Below, in pieces: positions 22,074 through 34,521 of a DNA stretch of 64,000 nucleotides. The stretch lies in assembly GCA_003707115.1 (NCBI GenBank), contig PPNB01000006.1, positions 310,001 through 374,000 of the forward strand, written 5' to 3'. A model generated the notes under the pieces. The model saw nothing but the letters and a program-made list of their open reading frames with translations, was not told where the DNA came from and searched no databases. A program made the translations under genes and the position numbers. Position 1 is the stretch's first letter, and each line of letters begins with the position of its first letter. This DNA is from Tortispora ganteri (taxonomy: Eukaryota).

Positions 22074-22463
22074 ATGAAAATTGACCATTTGCCAGAAGGC
22101 CCGCGAAAACGTAAAATTCAGGCGATTAAAGACTCGCTAATTCAAAAATCAAAAGTCAAATCGAAATATTATAAGTTGCTGAAAACTGAAGGACTCGTAG
22201 AGAAATCGTCGCGGTCAGTGAAACCGTTTTCGCACTCCAAAAAAGTACCAAAATTTGCCAAAGAAGAAAGGAAAGGCAAGCAGGTTAGACGCGCTAGACA
22301 AACGGAGTCGTCTGAAATAGATAAAATCCGAAAAGAAAAAGAAGATTATCAAAAGAAAAGATCAAAACATGCGAAATTAATGACAAAAAAAGGCAAGAAC
22401 GGACAGATCAAACTGAGTGCGCGGTCAGAAGTCTATTTGGATAAACTACTAAAGAGCACCTAA
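22074..22463 (+). CDS. FYV7: rRNA processing protein Fyv7-like
   Basis: KIQAIKDSLIQKSKVKSKYYK and KKGKNGQIKLSAR..YLDKL; Lys-rich. First ATG at 22074. Confidence 0.75.
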   Translation: MKIDHLPEGPRKRKIQAIKDSLIQKSKVKSKYYKLLKTEGLVEKSSRSVKPFSHSKKVPKFAKEERKGKQVRRARQTESSEIDKIRKEKEDYQKKRSKHAKLMTKKGKNGQIKLSARSEVYLDKLLKST

Positions 22464-22540
22464 AAAAAGAAACATATAAGAAGATTTTTGTTGCAACAAA
22501 TTTCTATTTATTTTATTGATTGACATTTTTATTTAAGGAA

Positions 22541-23269
22541 TCACCAAGGATATTCGGCACCTGTCCATTCATAGAATCCGTTGGCGCGCGGAATAAGTAG
22601 TAGGTCAGTCACACCCTTTGCACTCGTGGTTGTGTCGATTACAGTCGACTCGTCTAACTCCTCAATAGTTATAGATGCTAGCATATCTGTTTTTACAACA
22701 CCAGGATGTATGCATAACATCTTTAAGTTTAATCCTCTTCGTTTTGTCTCTTGTTCAAGATGTCGCATTCCGTGGTTGAGTCCGACCTTCGAAATACCAT
22801 ACACTCCCAGCCCTTCTTCCTGTCCAAGGAACCGGTTAACGCTACCAGAATCCGAAGAGATTACTGCAATCCCCTTGGTTTCGCTCCGATTGACTATAGG
22901 CACTAATTTCTGTGCTACATATAGAGGACCTACAGTGTTTATTTTCACTTGTTTCAGCATATCTTCGAATGAAACATCGATTACAGCGCCCGGGTATAAT
23001 GCCCATCCTGCCACAATTAGTGCCCAATCAATGTGCTCTTCTTTGGATAGCGCGTCGATTTTGCTGATCGCTTTGTCAATGGAGCTTTCGATTACCACAT
23101 CCAAGGTCACATGCACCAATTTCCCCGGATACTGTGCACTCAATTCTGATAATACTTTATCCTGTACTTCTGACCGAGTAGTAGCGATCACCGAATGCCC
23201 TCTGCTAAGCAATTCTTTTGTGATGGCTAATCCTATACCGCGCGAACTTCCAACTATTAAAAATCTCAT
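22541..23269 (-). CDS. Short-chain dehydrogenase/reductase (C-factor/CsgA-like)
   Basis: GSSRGIG cofactor motif, catalytic YGISK, HPGVVKTDM, C-terminal WTGAEYPW. Confidence 0.92.
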   Translation of the reverse strand: MRFLIVGSSRGIGLAITKELLSRGHSVIATTRSEVQDKVLSELSAQYPGKLVHVTLDVVIESSIDKAISKIDALSKEEHIDWALIVAGWALYPGAVIDVSFEDMLKQVKINTVGPLYVAQKLVPIVNRSETKGIAVISSDSGSVNRFLGQEEGLGVYGISKVGLNHGMRHLEQETKRRGLNLKMLCIHPGVVKTDMLASITIEELDESTVIDTTTSAKGVTDLLLIPRANGFYEWTGAEYPW

Positions 23270-24070
23270 GATCGAATACCAAGAAACAAATCACGACCTT
23301 GCTCGCTCTTCTGTTTGCCCGCTCACTACTTCAATTTATATATTCTTCAGGAGAACTCTATTCCTATTTATCCTATCGCTAACTGCGCTTATCAGATATA
23401 CCACTTCGTGCACATTTGCCAAATTGGGATAATGGACCGATTTGTCGCACAAGTTTCTATTTGAACAAATAACCCGTACCGGTTTGCCTCAATCGTTAAC
23501 GTGTATTGACATGGATTTATTGGGAACCAGAAAAATTAGATATATCTGAATTTAATAAACGCGGCATTATATACTCATAAAAACATTTGACAGCGATGGT
23601 ATCCACCTAATTGCCTACTGCGTGAACCTTATCTCTACACAATTGGACATACATATAGTTGCGGCAATGAAAAATGAACTATGCTTGAGCATTATGATCT
23701 GTATTGAGACACTCAGTTTCTCATACAGTAACGGATAACTGTAGTGAATGAAAATTATGCGACAATGATTGTCAAATGTTCTGATGATCTGGGCTACTTT
23801 ACTTCACTGGATAGAACCTTATTGGTTCATGGTAGTATAGCAGATGAGTTGACAAACCGTTTCGTATAAAACATCGGTACTGTTTACTGTTGCTATACAC
23901 TGCTTGATGAACTGGGCAGCTGTATTGCAAGTAAGTAATTTTGTTACTGCCGAATTGGCGTCACTCCAGGAAACTAAAATTTTCCCGACAGCCTACATGA
24001 TCTAAAGCGATGTTCGTAAGGATGTAGCATTGTTAATACAGTACTACAAATTTTCAGGCGGCAACCCTGG

Positions 24071-25621
24071 CTAAGCGTAGGTAGTAGTTACCTCACTATC
24101 ACCTGCAGCGATAACATCATATGCAATGTCGAAGAATGTAGGCTTCGTACCAAAAGGCCGCACTTCCCATTCAGAAAGTGGCCTCATATCCACTAGTTTT
24201 GTTATGTCTAAGTCAGACACTGCATACTCCAGTTTTTCAATGGCGAACCCTCCGTCCAAAGACTTGCGTCTCTGTTGAGCAACAGCCATGCCGTGTGAGC
24301 GCACCCGTAGACGTTTCGCTGACTCCATAATATTATTGATGTATTCAGGGCTCACAACCAAATCAGTGAGCGATTCGTCAGTTTCAAGACCAGATCTTTC
24401 TCGTTCAGCACGTTCACAAGATTCGCACGCGTACGATGCCAATGCGAGACAGTTGAGGAAACTTTTGCACTGCCAATGTGAATTGGCAATAACAATGGCC
24501 TGTTCGGCTCTATAGGCAAGTTCTGAGGCTCTTAGTGCGGCGCATAGTTGTTCATCTCTAGGCACACCGGGCAAGCGTTGCGCCTCTAGAACGGAGCTAA
24601 GTATTCTGGATATGCGGGCTAGTTTTGAGTTTTCGTCAGGCACAATGAAATCAAGTTCTCGCAAAACACGGTAAGACAGGATTTTAAACTTGGCGTAAGT
24701 TTCTGCAATTGCCAGGTTCGGATCTGCTGCTTCTTTTAGTACTTGCATATCATGGTAAACGGCATCGACTACATCTTGCCAGGCGCCAATGACATGGTCG
24801 TACTTCTCGGCTGCCTGTGATTTCTTTTTAGCAACTGCTTCGAGTTTAAATTGCTCTTCGACTTTCCTTGCAGCCTCTACCGCCATTGCGATATCCGAAG
24901 TAACGTTCACTGAATGTGACCTCCATAATATAGTAATACCTTTAAACTTCTGATGATCCACAGCAGAGTACTGGTCCACGAGCGACTGTATCTCTGGAAC
25001 TTGCGGCTCTCCTATAGTCTTCGGCAAATCGGCGAAGTCTACGAAGTCTTTCTTAAGAGCCCGACATATAGTTCGCAGTGAGGGATCAACAACACCACGC
25101 TGCTCAGACACGTACAGATACTTAATTTCGGGATTTTTAGTGGAATTAGCTAGGATGACCAGCTCACGTCGGGCGTAGATAAAACATTCATACGCGTGTG
25201 ACCATCTTTGAACCCGGAAGTAGAGTGCACCCAAAATAAGAGCAAAGTAAACACCAATTTCGGTAGTATTCACGGCCGCAACTAAAGGTTTTAGAGTATT
25301 AACGGCTTTCTTGAGTTTCGTAAGCGTATGTTTGCGCTGTTGTCTTAGCTCGGCTGCCATCGCGATTGCCCAGTACCGTTCTGCCTCGAGAATTAGCAAA
25401 AGCACAGGACGTGAATCTCTTTCAATAGCATCTAGGCTGATATTATGACTCGGGTATTTCCGATTCTTGACTGGCGATTGAATTTTCAACTGTTTGCGAA
25501 GTGTTAGGATCTCACGGGTCAACTGACGATGGTACCTGGTGTACTCCAGCACTTCTGCGCTAGATGTGACACCAGCCGATACCCGACGTTCAAGGATTTC
25601 TTCAAACGCAAAAGGCAGCAT
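24071..25621 (-). CDS. SRP68: Signal recognition particle subunit Srp68
   Basis: YTRYHRQLTR..LRK, EAERYWAIAM, VDPSLR and C-terminal KPTFFDIAY motifs. Confidence 0.88.
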   Translation of the reverse strand: MLPFAFEEILERRVSAGVTSSAEVLEYTRYHRQLTREILTLRKQLKIQSPVKNRKYPSHNISLDAIERDSRPVLLLILEAERYWAIAMAAELRQQRKHTLTKLKKAVNTLKPLVAAVNTTEIGVYFALILGALYFRVQRWSHAYECFIYARRELVILANSTKNPEIKYLYVSEQRGVVDPSLRTICRALKKDFVDFADLPKTIGEPQVPEIQSLVDQYSAVDHQKFKGITILWRSHSVNVTSDIAMAVEAARKVEEQFKLEAVAKKKSQAAEKYDHVIGAWQDVVDAVYHDMQVLKEAADPNLAIAETYAKFKILSYRVLRELDFIVPDENSKLARISRILSSVLEAQRLPGVPRDEQLCAALRASELAYRAEQAIVIANSHWQCKSFLNCLALASYACESCERAERERSGLETDESLTDLVVSPEYINNIMESAKRLRVRSHGMAVAQQRRKSLDGGFAIEKLEYAVSDLDITKLVDMRPLSEWEVRPFGTKPTFFDIAYDVIAAGDSEVTTTYA

Positions 25622-25915
25622 ATCATAAAAGTCAGTTCGCTATTATTATTTACCGGGTTTGTAGCGTTGTCGAAGAATGTGTGGTGCTTTGCAGTTAAAA
25701 ATATCTCCCTTCCTTCGCATCCAGAAACAGACAATGCGGCTTACAAAGAGGTACCCTCTACCACCACCCTGCGTTTCGGCTATATCGTATGAGTCGACAG
25801 CATCCCCTTTTAATACTCTTATTTCCTCTATAGACTGCGTAGCTCGTGTGATATTACATATTCTGAATCAGTATATTTGTGAACTTTTAATAAATTGGAC
25901 TGCGAACTAGTGGTT

Positions 25916-26725
25916 ATGGAGCCTACCAAGAAACGACGAGGATCAAATGAAACATATCTGGAGGCTCTTCTTAACGGCCACACGTTCCTGAAACATTCTC
26001 AGAGAATTACTTTTACTACTAAAATAACGGCATCAGACCTCGATTCTACCTGCATGTTTCAGAGGTCGTCAACCAGGCAACTGGACGCAGTATTCTACGA
26101 CACAGACCACCCTATGGGCAGCCCATACTCTGGTTTGGTTGACTTCACACAGTCTTGGTACAGGATCCCGCCACACGGCGTCCTGCAGATTGTAATAGCA
26201 TATCCCAGCAGTTCGGCGGCTGCTGTGTTTCTTATAAGCTACGACGTTGCTGGGCTGGACCCAGGTATGCGCACATTCGTCCGCCAGAAGACATACTCAG
26301 ACAAACTTGTGCAGGCGGCCCATGTGCCGGTCATATGTCATAAATCAGGACATTACTACATATACGGCAATCTCAGACTAGTGTTCGAGAATCGCAAGGA
26401 TAACTCAAATATGCAAACTACTGTACCAATACCTATGCTTAAGTCTACTGCAGATACAGAGACGATAATGGGTCCTCGGTCAAAAGCAACTAATATTCTG
26501 AAACCGTCGTCCAAGACCTTGACAAATCCAAAAAGCTCAAGTTCACAGAGGAAAGTTCGACGACGATCTTCATTGTCTAATGTCGTTTTTATTAGCGATG
26601 AGGAAGACACTGAAGCCGTCTTGGATAATGCTCTTCCTTCGTCGTCAACTAAACTCATCAAATCATCCAGATTCCTTAACGACTCCACAGAACCGCCATC
26701 GCATCCATCGGTACAGTTATTATAA
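25916..26725 (+). CDS. DUF4210 / FAM214 (Atos)-like domain protein
   Basis: SPYSGLVD..YRIPPHGVLQIVI..FLISYD..PGMRTFVRQKTY and YIYGNLRLVF. First ATG at 25916. Confidence 0.8.
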   Translation: MEPTKKRRGSNETYLEALLNGHTFLKHSQRITFTTKITASDLDSTCMFQRSSTRQLDAVFYDTDHPMGSPYSGLVDFTQSWYRIPPHGVLQIVIAYPSSSAAAVFLISYDVAGLDPGMRTFVRQKTYSDKLVQAAHVPVICHKSGHYYIYGNLRLVFENRKDNSNMQTTVPIPMLKSTADTETIMGPRSKATNILKPSSKTLTNPKSSSSQRKVRRRSSLSNVVFISDEEDTEAVLDNALPSSSTKLIKSSRFLNDSTEPPSHPSVQLL

Positions 26726-26838
26726 ATTACACGTATAATTCAACAGCATATGGTATACTGATAAAAAGAAAGTAAATTGTTATTATAAAAGTCTAGAACA
26801 AGAACAGTTCGGATTGCGTCGGAGTATGCGCTTGCACG

Positions 26839-27616
26839 CTATATCCATTTCCTAGAAGAAAATTGAGCAAAATGGCTATCAGGAATAGGAGGAACCCATT
26901 CTAATGCAGCTTCTAGCGTTTGTAATGCTCTACTGAATCGGCCATGAGAGGTGTCATTGTGTTTTTCTAAGCGTTCTTGCCACCTATCATGTGCTAAAGC
27001 CACAGAGCCACTAACCCTCTTCGTAGCTTCATGTATTGTTAGAATCCATGCATCGCAAAGGTCATTATATGCGTGTGATTTATCTTCGTTGTATTCAGCA
27101 CTATCAAACTCAGGCACCTGATGCAATGACTCCGTGGCAATATCTAAGAAATGCAAAATAGAGTCATGAGAAGTAGTTGTCATGTTTGACGAAGACGCAA
27201 AAAATACAACGTAATCAGACAAAGCCTGGTAGTATTCTTTTAGTGCAGAGCAAACTCTGCCATATGAGTATGTGCTTCGACGGTCGCACTTGTACGGGAA
27301 GAGTTGGTCCACGGCTTCGAGCTTGCTTGCCAATACTTTTCCGACACTCTCCGGGGAGGGCTTAGCGGCCAGTTTCATTAAGTCATCAGTAGATATGTCA
27401 TGCTGAGCACAAACTGTTGTCAAAAGGGTTTGTAGAGACTTCAGATCGAGCCCTTCGATATATCTCGACATCCCCAGGGAAGATCTCTTCGGAGACCTGA
27501 TGGCGTGTGTCGGACTCTGATAAATCTTATGCAAAGGCGTATTGGTATTTGAGTCTATCACAAAGCCAGTTTTTAATTTTTTAGGCGTAATTGTTTTTAT
27601 TCGTTGCTGCTGCTGC

Positions 27617-27653
<37 letters not shown>

Positions 27654-27762
27654 CGTCATCATCTTCACCGCCTGATATACTCATCAAATCATCTTCAATT
27701 TTCCGCTTGCGAGAAAAATCAGCGGGAGGCAAGACATCGTATCGTTCAAAAGCAGTACTCAT
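26839..27762 (-). CDS. STS1: Nuclear proteasome tether Sts1/Cut8
   Basis: NLS RKRK..DD, RYIEGLD..SLQTLL, FPYK..YSYGRV, LHFLDIATE..LH. ATG at 27762. Confidence 0.88.
27604..27651 (-). repeat. (CAA/CAG)16 microsatellite encoding polyQ16 in STS1
   Basis: Read directly from the sequence. Confidence 0.97.
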
Positions 27763-28459
27763 TATTGATAAGAAAGGAAAACTTAGAGACAAGGGAATAC
27801 TGTGGAGTAAAGGTAATGTATAAGAGAACGGCAATACTGAGAATAATCTTACTGGAGTGGAAACAGGAAGGAGTAAGAGGGTAAGAAACAGTAAGATTGG
27901 GTCTGGCCAGTGATTTTAATTTCAATAGCGTCAGTAAAAAGGGAAATGAAATCTATTAGTTTGGGGATAAATCTTTGAAATGAAAGGGGTCTTTTTAGGC
28001 CTTGGGCGAGTCGTTTGCTAAGTAAGGCGAATGGCAAAATATAAGTTTACTATTACAAACGGCTAATAGTATAGAGCAAGGTCCCAGCGGAAACAGCTAC
28101 TATACTGTAACCACCGCTTGAAAAGGGCGAGTGACGTCTATATAGGGGAGAAATTTCTCTATTAAATAAATATACACTACTAATAGCCTTTGATCTCTTC
28201 TTTTTTGCATTTGGCGCAAGATCAGGAATGATCCGAATAGTTCAATGGAGAAAGTCGACCGGAAAATAATAAAATAGCTCTGCGACCCACTGATTGGTTG
28301 AGGGGCATACGTATGAGGGTAAAGGGTTTAATCCAATTGGAGCACATGTATGGTCAGGGTGCGCTACATTGGTCAGATCAGAAACAGGAGATCAACGGAG
28401 TTTACGCAGACAGCGAGTGCAGCTAAGAAGTCTGAGGCATACGGGTACAGAATCGCGAT

Positions 28460-29590
28460 ATGAATGGTCGAATTGAAACAAAAGAGAGACTAACGCGACG
28501 ATACTCGAGTTCGCGCGGCGATATATCGGACGATAAGCTGGAAGAACTATGTCGATCTTGGAAATCGATCAAAGTTGAGGGTTATGGTGGGGTGCCTAAA
28601 CATTTCCAACACGTACGTAAACTAAATCCCATCGAAAAGAAGAGTATCCTCGTTTCTGGTGGAGCAGGGTTCGTGGGATCGCATTTAGTAGATAGGCTGA
28701 TGCTCATGGGCCATAATGTGATTGTTGTAGACAACTTCATGACAGGGTCGAAGGATAACATACTACATTGGATGGATCATCCTAATTTCGAGCTATTAAG
28801 ACACGATATAGTCGAGCCTCTTCAAATCGAAGTCGACTACATTTATCATTTAGCATGTCCTGCTAGCCCTGTTCATTATCAAACAAATCCAATCAAGACG
28901 CTAAAGACTGCTTTTATAGGCACGCTGAACATGCTAGGGCTAGCCAAGCGAACAAAGTCACGGATTTTGATCGCGTCAACCTCTGAGGTGTATGGTGATC
29001 CGGAAGTTCATCCACAGAAAGAAGACTATAATGGGTCTGTTTCATGTACAGGCCCGCGAGCATGCTATGACGAAGGCAAGCGCGCAGCAGAGGCACTAGC
29101 TTATAGTTTCCAGAGTCAGAATGACGTAGACATACGTGTGGCAAGAATATTTAATACCTATGGCCCACGCATGAAATGGAATGACGGACGGGTTGTGAGC
29201 AACTTTATCCTCCAGGCGCTACGAGATGAGCCGATGACAGTGTACGGAGACGGTTCAGCTACCAGATCGTTTCAGTTTGTGTACGACCTGATCGAAGGCA
29301 TGATGAGATTGATGGATTCAAGTTGCACTGAGCCTGTAAATATAGGCAATCCTGTGGAATACAGTATTCTTGAACTCTCTTCAATGGTGAAGGAAATAGT
29401 CAAGGCATTTAACCCGAAATGTTCATCAGAGTTGGTTTTCAAGGACGCAATAGAAGATGATCCGCGACGTCGGCGCCCTGATATTAGTAGGGCCAAAGAA
29501 CAATTAAACTGGTCACCTAAATGGCCCATTCAGCGCGGGCTACAACTAACTGTGAACTATTTTGTATCTGAACTAGAGGAAAACTCTTGA
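28460..29590 (+). CDS. UXS1: UDP-glucuronate decarboxylase (UDP-xylose synthase)
   Basis: GGAGFVGSHLVDRL, HLACPASP, ASTSEVYGDP, CYDEGKR, RIFNTYGPRM, DGRVVSNF and DDPRRRRPDI motifs. Confidence 0.96.
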   Translation: MNGRIETKERLTRRYSSSRGDISDDKLEELCRSWKSIKVEGYGGVPKHFQHVRKLNPIEKKSILVSGGAGFVGSHLVDRLMLMGHNVIVVDNFMTGSKDNILHWMDHPNFELLRHDIVEPLQIEVDYIYHLACPASPVHYQTNPIKTLKTAFIGTLNMLGLAKRTKSRILIASTSEVYGDPEVHPQKEDYNGSVSCTGPRACYDEGKRAAEALAYSFQSQNDVDIRVARIFNTYGPRMKWNDGRVVSNFILQALRDEPMTVYGDGSATRSFQFVYDLIEGMMRLMDSSCTEPVNIGNPVEYSILELSSMVKEIVKAFNPKCSSELVFKDAIEDDPRRRRPDISRAKEQLNWSPKWPIQRGLQLTVNYFVSELEENS

Positions 29591-29990
29591 CTCTTCAATT
29601 AGCAGTTGATTTGCCTATCAGTTGGTCAATTAGTGAGCTGAATTGTGTTCGCTACCTTGGCGATCGAGATCGTGGCTTAGGTAAGAGCGATCGCCTTTCG
29701 TGCATGTTCTCTAGTTCGAAGTCCAGTCCAGGTGCTATTCCATGACATTTTTTTCTCCTTTAATGACAGTGTGATCCATTTTATTTTAAATTGTTTTCGA
29801 AAATGGAATAAAAGGACTAGGTTCAATTGAAGACCCTGGTAATGAAAGGGTGGAGTCTGCTGTTGGGACAGGTTTTGTGAAGGTAACATTAACCTGATGT
29901 AGCGCCTTGCAATTCACCATTACCATCGGAAGCGAGGTTTGCAGCGATATTTCCCATCACCTATTCCTGACGTTGCACTCTACTTGAATA

Positions 29991-31036
29991 ATGGAAATTT
30001 CCCCTAATTTATTAGAATATTCAGGTAAGTAGTATTTTGCAACTAATCGATGCGCTATTTCCTTCTATCTGTGTTCGTGTTCTTTGGTTCGATGCAGTAA
30101 CTGGTCCGCCCTCTTTTTTTTTTTTCTCCTTTTTGCGTTGGCACGGAACTCGTGCCTGCATAACGGAGGACTAGTCGAGCAACAACGTAGAAATGCGCGC
30201 AATACTATGAAATATATAGCCCGACACTATTCGCTATTTGTCTATCAAACACACTAGGCTATTGCCAGCGATGGGTGGAGATATTGACCCGGTTCGATAT
30301 TTGCTGAGCTTTTTCATGCATGTCCACATAACTAACCAATCTTCATCTAGGTGATTTGACACAGCCTATTTCGCGCATTGTGCGACTGGTCAACAATTCT
30401 GATAAAGCGATTGCTTATAAGGTGAAAACTACTGCTCCGCGCTTGTATGTTGTTCGACCGAACGCAGCATCTGTGTCCCCCGGCAGTTCCGTTGAGGTAG
30501 TAATCACTCTCCAAGGATTGTCTGAGAATCCTGCTCCTGGATTCAAATGCAAAGATAAGTTCTTAATCCAAACTGTCGAAGTCACTCCTGACTTATCTAC
30601 CCTCACGGCCCAGGAGTTCTGGGAAGTGGTAACAGGGAATCCTCATCATAAAGCTAATGTTAAAGATTTCAAAATTCGTGTGGCATATAATCCTTCATTA
30701 GCTGCTGCAGACGTCTCTATAGACGAACAAAATGATACAGTATTTGACACTCCTGTTAAGAACAAGGTCACTGACACCTTCAAAGGCGAGCCGAAAGAGA
30801 CCTCTAATGAAGAAAACATTCCGCGGTCTAGCTCTACCAGCCCAACGTCTGCTACTGCTAAGACGATGACAGCTGACATTGCTGATACTAATACAAACAC
30901 AGAGAAGCCATCAAAGCCCGAAATTAAAACAGCTTCTACTGCTTTAGCCAGCTCGCCTCAACGAGGTGGTATATCTGCCCGTCTTGCTGTTTTCATGTGT
31001 GTACTATCGTTTTTGATTGCTTGGTTCTTCTTCTAA
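29991..31036 (+). CDS. SCS2: VAP/MSP-domain ER protein; exons 29991-30024 and 30351-31036
   Basis: AYKVKTTAPRLYVVRPN, CKDKFLIQ and a C-terminal TM. Splicing yields MEISPNLLEYSGDLTQ in frame. Confidence 0.92.
30025..30350 (+). other. Spliceosomal intron (326 nt) in SCS2
   Basis: GTAAGT donor, AACTAAC branch (30330-30336), TAG acceptor; restores the reading frame. Confidence 0.9.
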
Positions 31037-31239
31037 TATCTTTAAGGTGAGTGTTAGCAACCACACCGATTCTTAAGTTAATCTTTACGATAAATGGGGC
31101 CTATCGGCATCATAAGTAAAGCTTATATCATTATAATCCGGCATATGTTTTGTATTGAGTTTTAGTTCACACCATTTGCGACCCACTATTTCATGTCTAA
31201 CGTAGTTAGTAATAAATAACAAGAACGCATTACATTCTG

Positions 31240-32655
<1,416 letters not shown>

Positions 32656-32838
32656 TTATAGTTCTTCTGTGGAGATCGTAACGGAAGTAAAAAAAACCCT
32701 GCACTATAAGCTTTAAGCAAACCCAGCTACCGTTCTCAACGGGCAGGCCCGAGTCACTTAAATCTGTATATTGTTCTAGACTACATAAAATATATAATAC
32801 TGCATAGTCGCATGTGTTAATAGTGGTTTATTTAAGAT

Positions 32839-33528
32839 ATGGATTGGAAGCGGAAGGCTTGGACCGGTTTTGCACAAGGAAGCCGGTGTATGGCTCTTCG
32901 CCATTACTCTAACGAGTCATTCGTTGATCACTACAAGGTGTTGCAGGTCAAGCCTGACGCGAGCTTGCTCGACATAAAAAGACAATTTTATAAACTAAGC
33001 CAAAAATTACACCCAGATAAGTTTCATTCGGCCTCAGAGGAGGAGTGCGAGAATGCCAAAGCACAGTTCCTTCGCGTAAAGGAGTCGTATGACGTCCTGC
33101 GTGATGCTGAAAAGCGGCGTGAGTACGATAACACGAACAGAAATCGCACAATGCGAGCTCCACACAATTCTGGTAGTCCGTATTTTCGGAACAGACCTTC
33201 AGCCAGCACTAACATGTTTCGATCTAGAGTTCGACGAAGCAACACTGTCTATACAAGCAACGGCAAGGAGCGACCCAAATATTCACCTTCCGGGCCTGAA
33301 TGGAGTCAAGGGAAACCTCTTGATTATTCAAGTGGATCAGTGCCTCATTTTGACCACGACCGCCATTTCAAGCAGCACTATCACAGAGAAAGGACGCTAA
33401 AGCACAAGCACGATATCCGCAGAGAGCAAGAAAGACGTAGCGAGAAGCACGACGGGCTTATGCGGTTTATTACAGGATCATCGGTGCTCTTTTTGACTGC
33501 ACTTATCGCACTTATCGGTGGCAAATAA
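32839..33528 (+). CDS. J-domain protein, probably mitochondrial, with C-terminal TM
   Basis: DHYKVLQV..IKRQFYKLSQKLHPD; presequence-like N-terminus; hydrophobic C-terminus. Confidence 0.88.
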   Translation: MDWKRKAWTGFAQGSRCMALRHYSNESFVDHYKVLQVKPDASLLDIKRQFYKLSQKLHPDKFHSASEEECENAKAQFLRVKESYDVLRDAEKRREYDNTNRNRTMRAPHNSGSPYFRNRPSASTNMFRSRVRRSNTVYTSNGKERPKYSPSGPEWSQGKPLDYSSGSVPHFDHDRHFKQHYHRERTLKHKHDIRREQERRSEKHDGLMRFITGSSVLFLTALIALIGGK

Positions 33529-33663
33529 GAATCCAATGACAATACAGAGAAAGCCACGTATGTATACACGCTTAACTACGCCATCTGTGAGTCTCTTAGT
33601 TAACAGTGGGAAAACAAACACACGTAAAATAGGTGAAACTAAACTCTAAGTGTTACAAGGCGC

Positions 33664-34521
33664 TTATGCTTCGAACGTAAGAGAGAAGCCAACCTTGTGG
33701 GCAGCTTCGCTCAGACGTTGAGTGTCTACAGCAAGACCAAGTCCAAGGCGGACGCCAGGACGAAGAACCTGGGAGTAAGAGAAGTTGGCAAGGCCGTTGT
33801 TGTTGATCTTAGCCTTGGTGAAAGAGTCCTTGTCAAGGGCGTACTTGGCAGCGACCTCCATTTTCACGCCCTGAGCAGTCGACTTGGAGTCCCAGGTGGC
33901 CTTGGCTCCAGCATCAACAGAGGGATTTACCTTGTGGAAGTACGAAGCGGAGAACACAGACAAGTTGGAGTCGGCATTAATAGCTGCGGAATAAAGAGGA
34001 ACAGCATATCCGAGGGCAGCAGAGTACTTCGTTACACGGCCGTCGACGACGTCGTATCCCAATTCGGCACCAGCAAGGAATCCGTCGTGCCCGACGACAG
34101 CATCACCAACAAATGATGGGCCGGACAGTAAGTCGAAGAAACCACGGCAGTGAATAGCAGGTTGACGGAAATACAGACCAAGTCTAGCCGTCTTGGTTCC
34201 AAGGGACGGGCGGAAAGAGGTGGCGAGCTCTCCCTTTAATCCGGGAACCAAAGCCTCAGAAAGTTCGACTTTTGTTTCGAGTACATTAGCCGAAGTCCAT
34301 CCTTGAGTGAGGGTCAAGCCAGACGCTTTGTCAGCATACTTGGTTTCGAGGGTACCAGAAATAGCACCGTTTTGAACTGGTTGCTTTCCCTTGACAGTGA
34401 AAGCTACGCCATTGGGGGCCTTGGTCTTGATCTCAAGGTTAGCAGCAGCGGCCGCGTAGAAGTCACGGGAGAGTAAGTCTCCAGTAGGCTTAGCGATATC
34501 GGAGTAAGCAGGTACAGACAT
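33664..34521 (-). CDS. POR1: Mitochondrial porin (VDAC)
   Basis: PAYSDIAK, YFHKVN, KAKINN and LRPGVRLGLG motifs; ends HKVGFSLTFEA; strongly biased codons. Confidence 0.97.
   Translation of the reverse strand: MSVPAYSDIAKPTGDLLSRDFYAAAAANLEIKTKAPNGVAFTVKGKQPVQNGAISGTLETKYADKASGLTLTQGWTSANVLETKVELSEALVPGLKGELATSFRPSLGTKTARLGLYFRQPAIHCRGFFDLLSGPSFVGDAVVGHDGFLAGAELGYDVVDGRVTKYSAALGYAVPLYSAAINADSNLSVFSASYFHKVNPSVDAGAKATWDSKSTAQGVKMEVAAKYALDKDSFTKAKINNNGLANFSYSQVLRPGVRLGLGLAVDTQRLSEAAHKVGFSLTFEA

Noticed and set aside
22581..23432. 283-aa ORF on the plus strand
   Set aside because: Antisense shadow of the SDR gene; TTG start, no motifs.
23950..24091. Possible 3' intron extending SRP68 (GAG|GTAACT)
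   Set aside because: No good branch point, and downstream frames show no Srp68-like C-terminus.
27542..27884. Poly-Cys and poly-Val ORFs
   Set aside because: Other frames of the STS1 polyQ microsatellite.
29660..29690. CTTACCT on the minus strand as a U1 snRNA 5' end
   Set aside because: Lacks ATACTTACC, and no U1 stem-loops or Sm site are recognisable.
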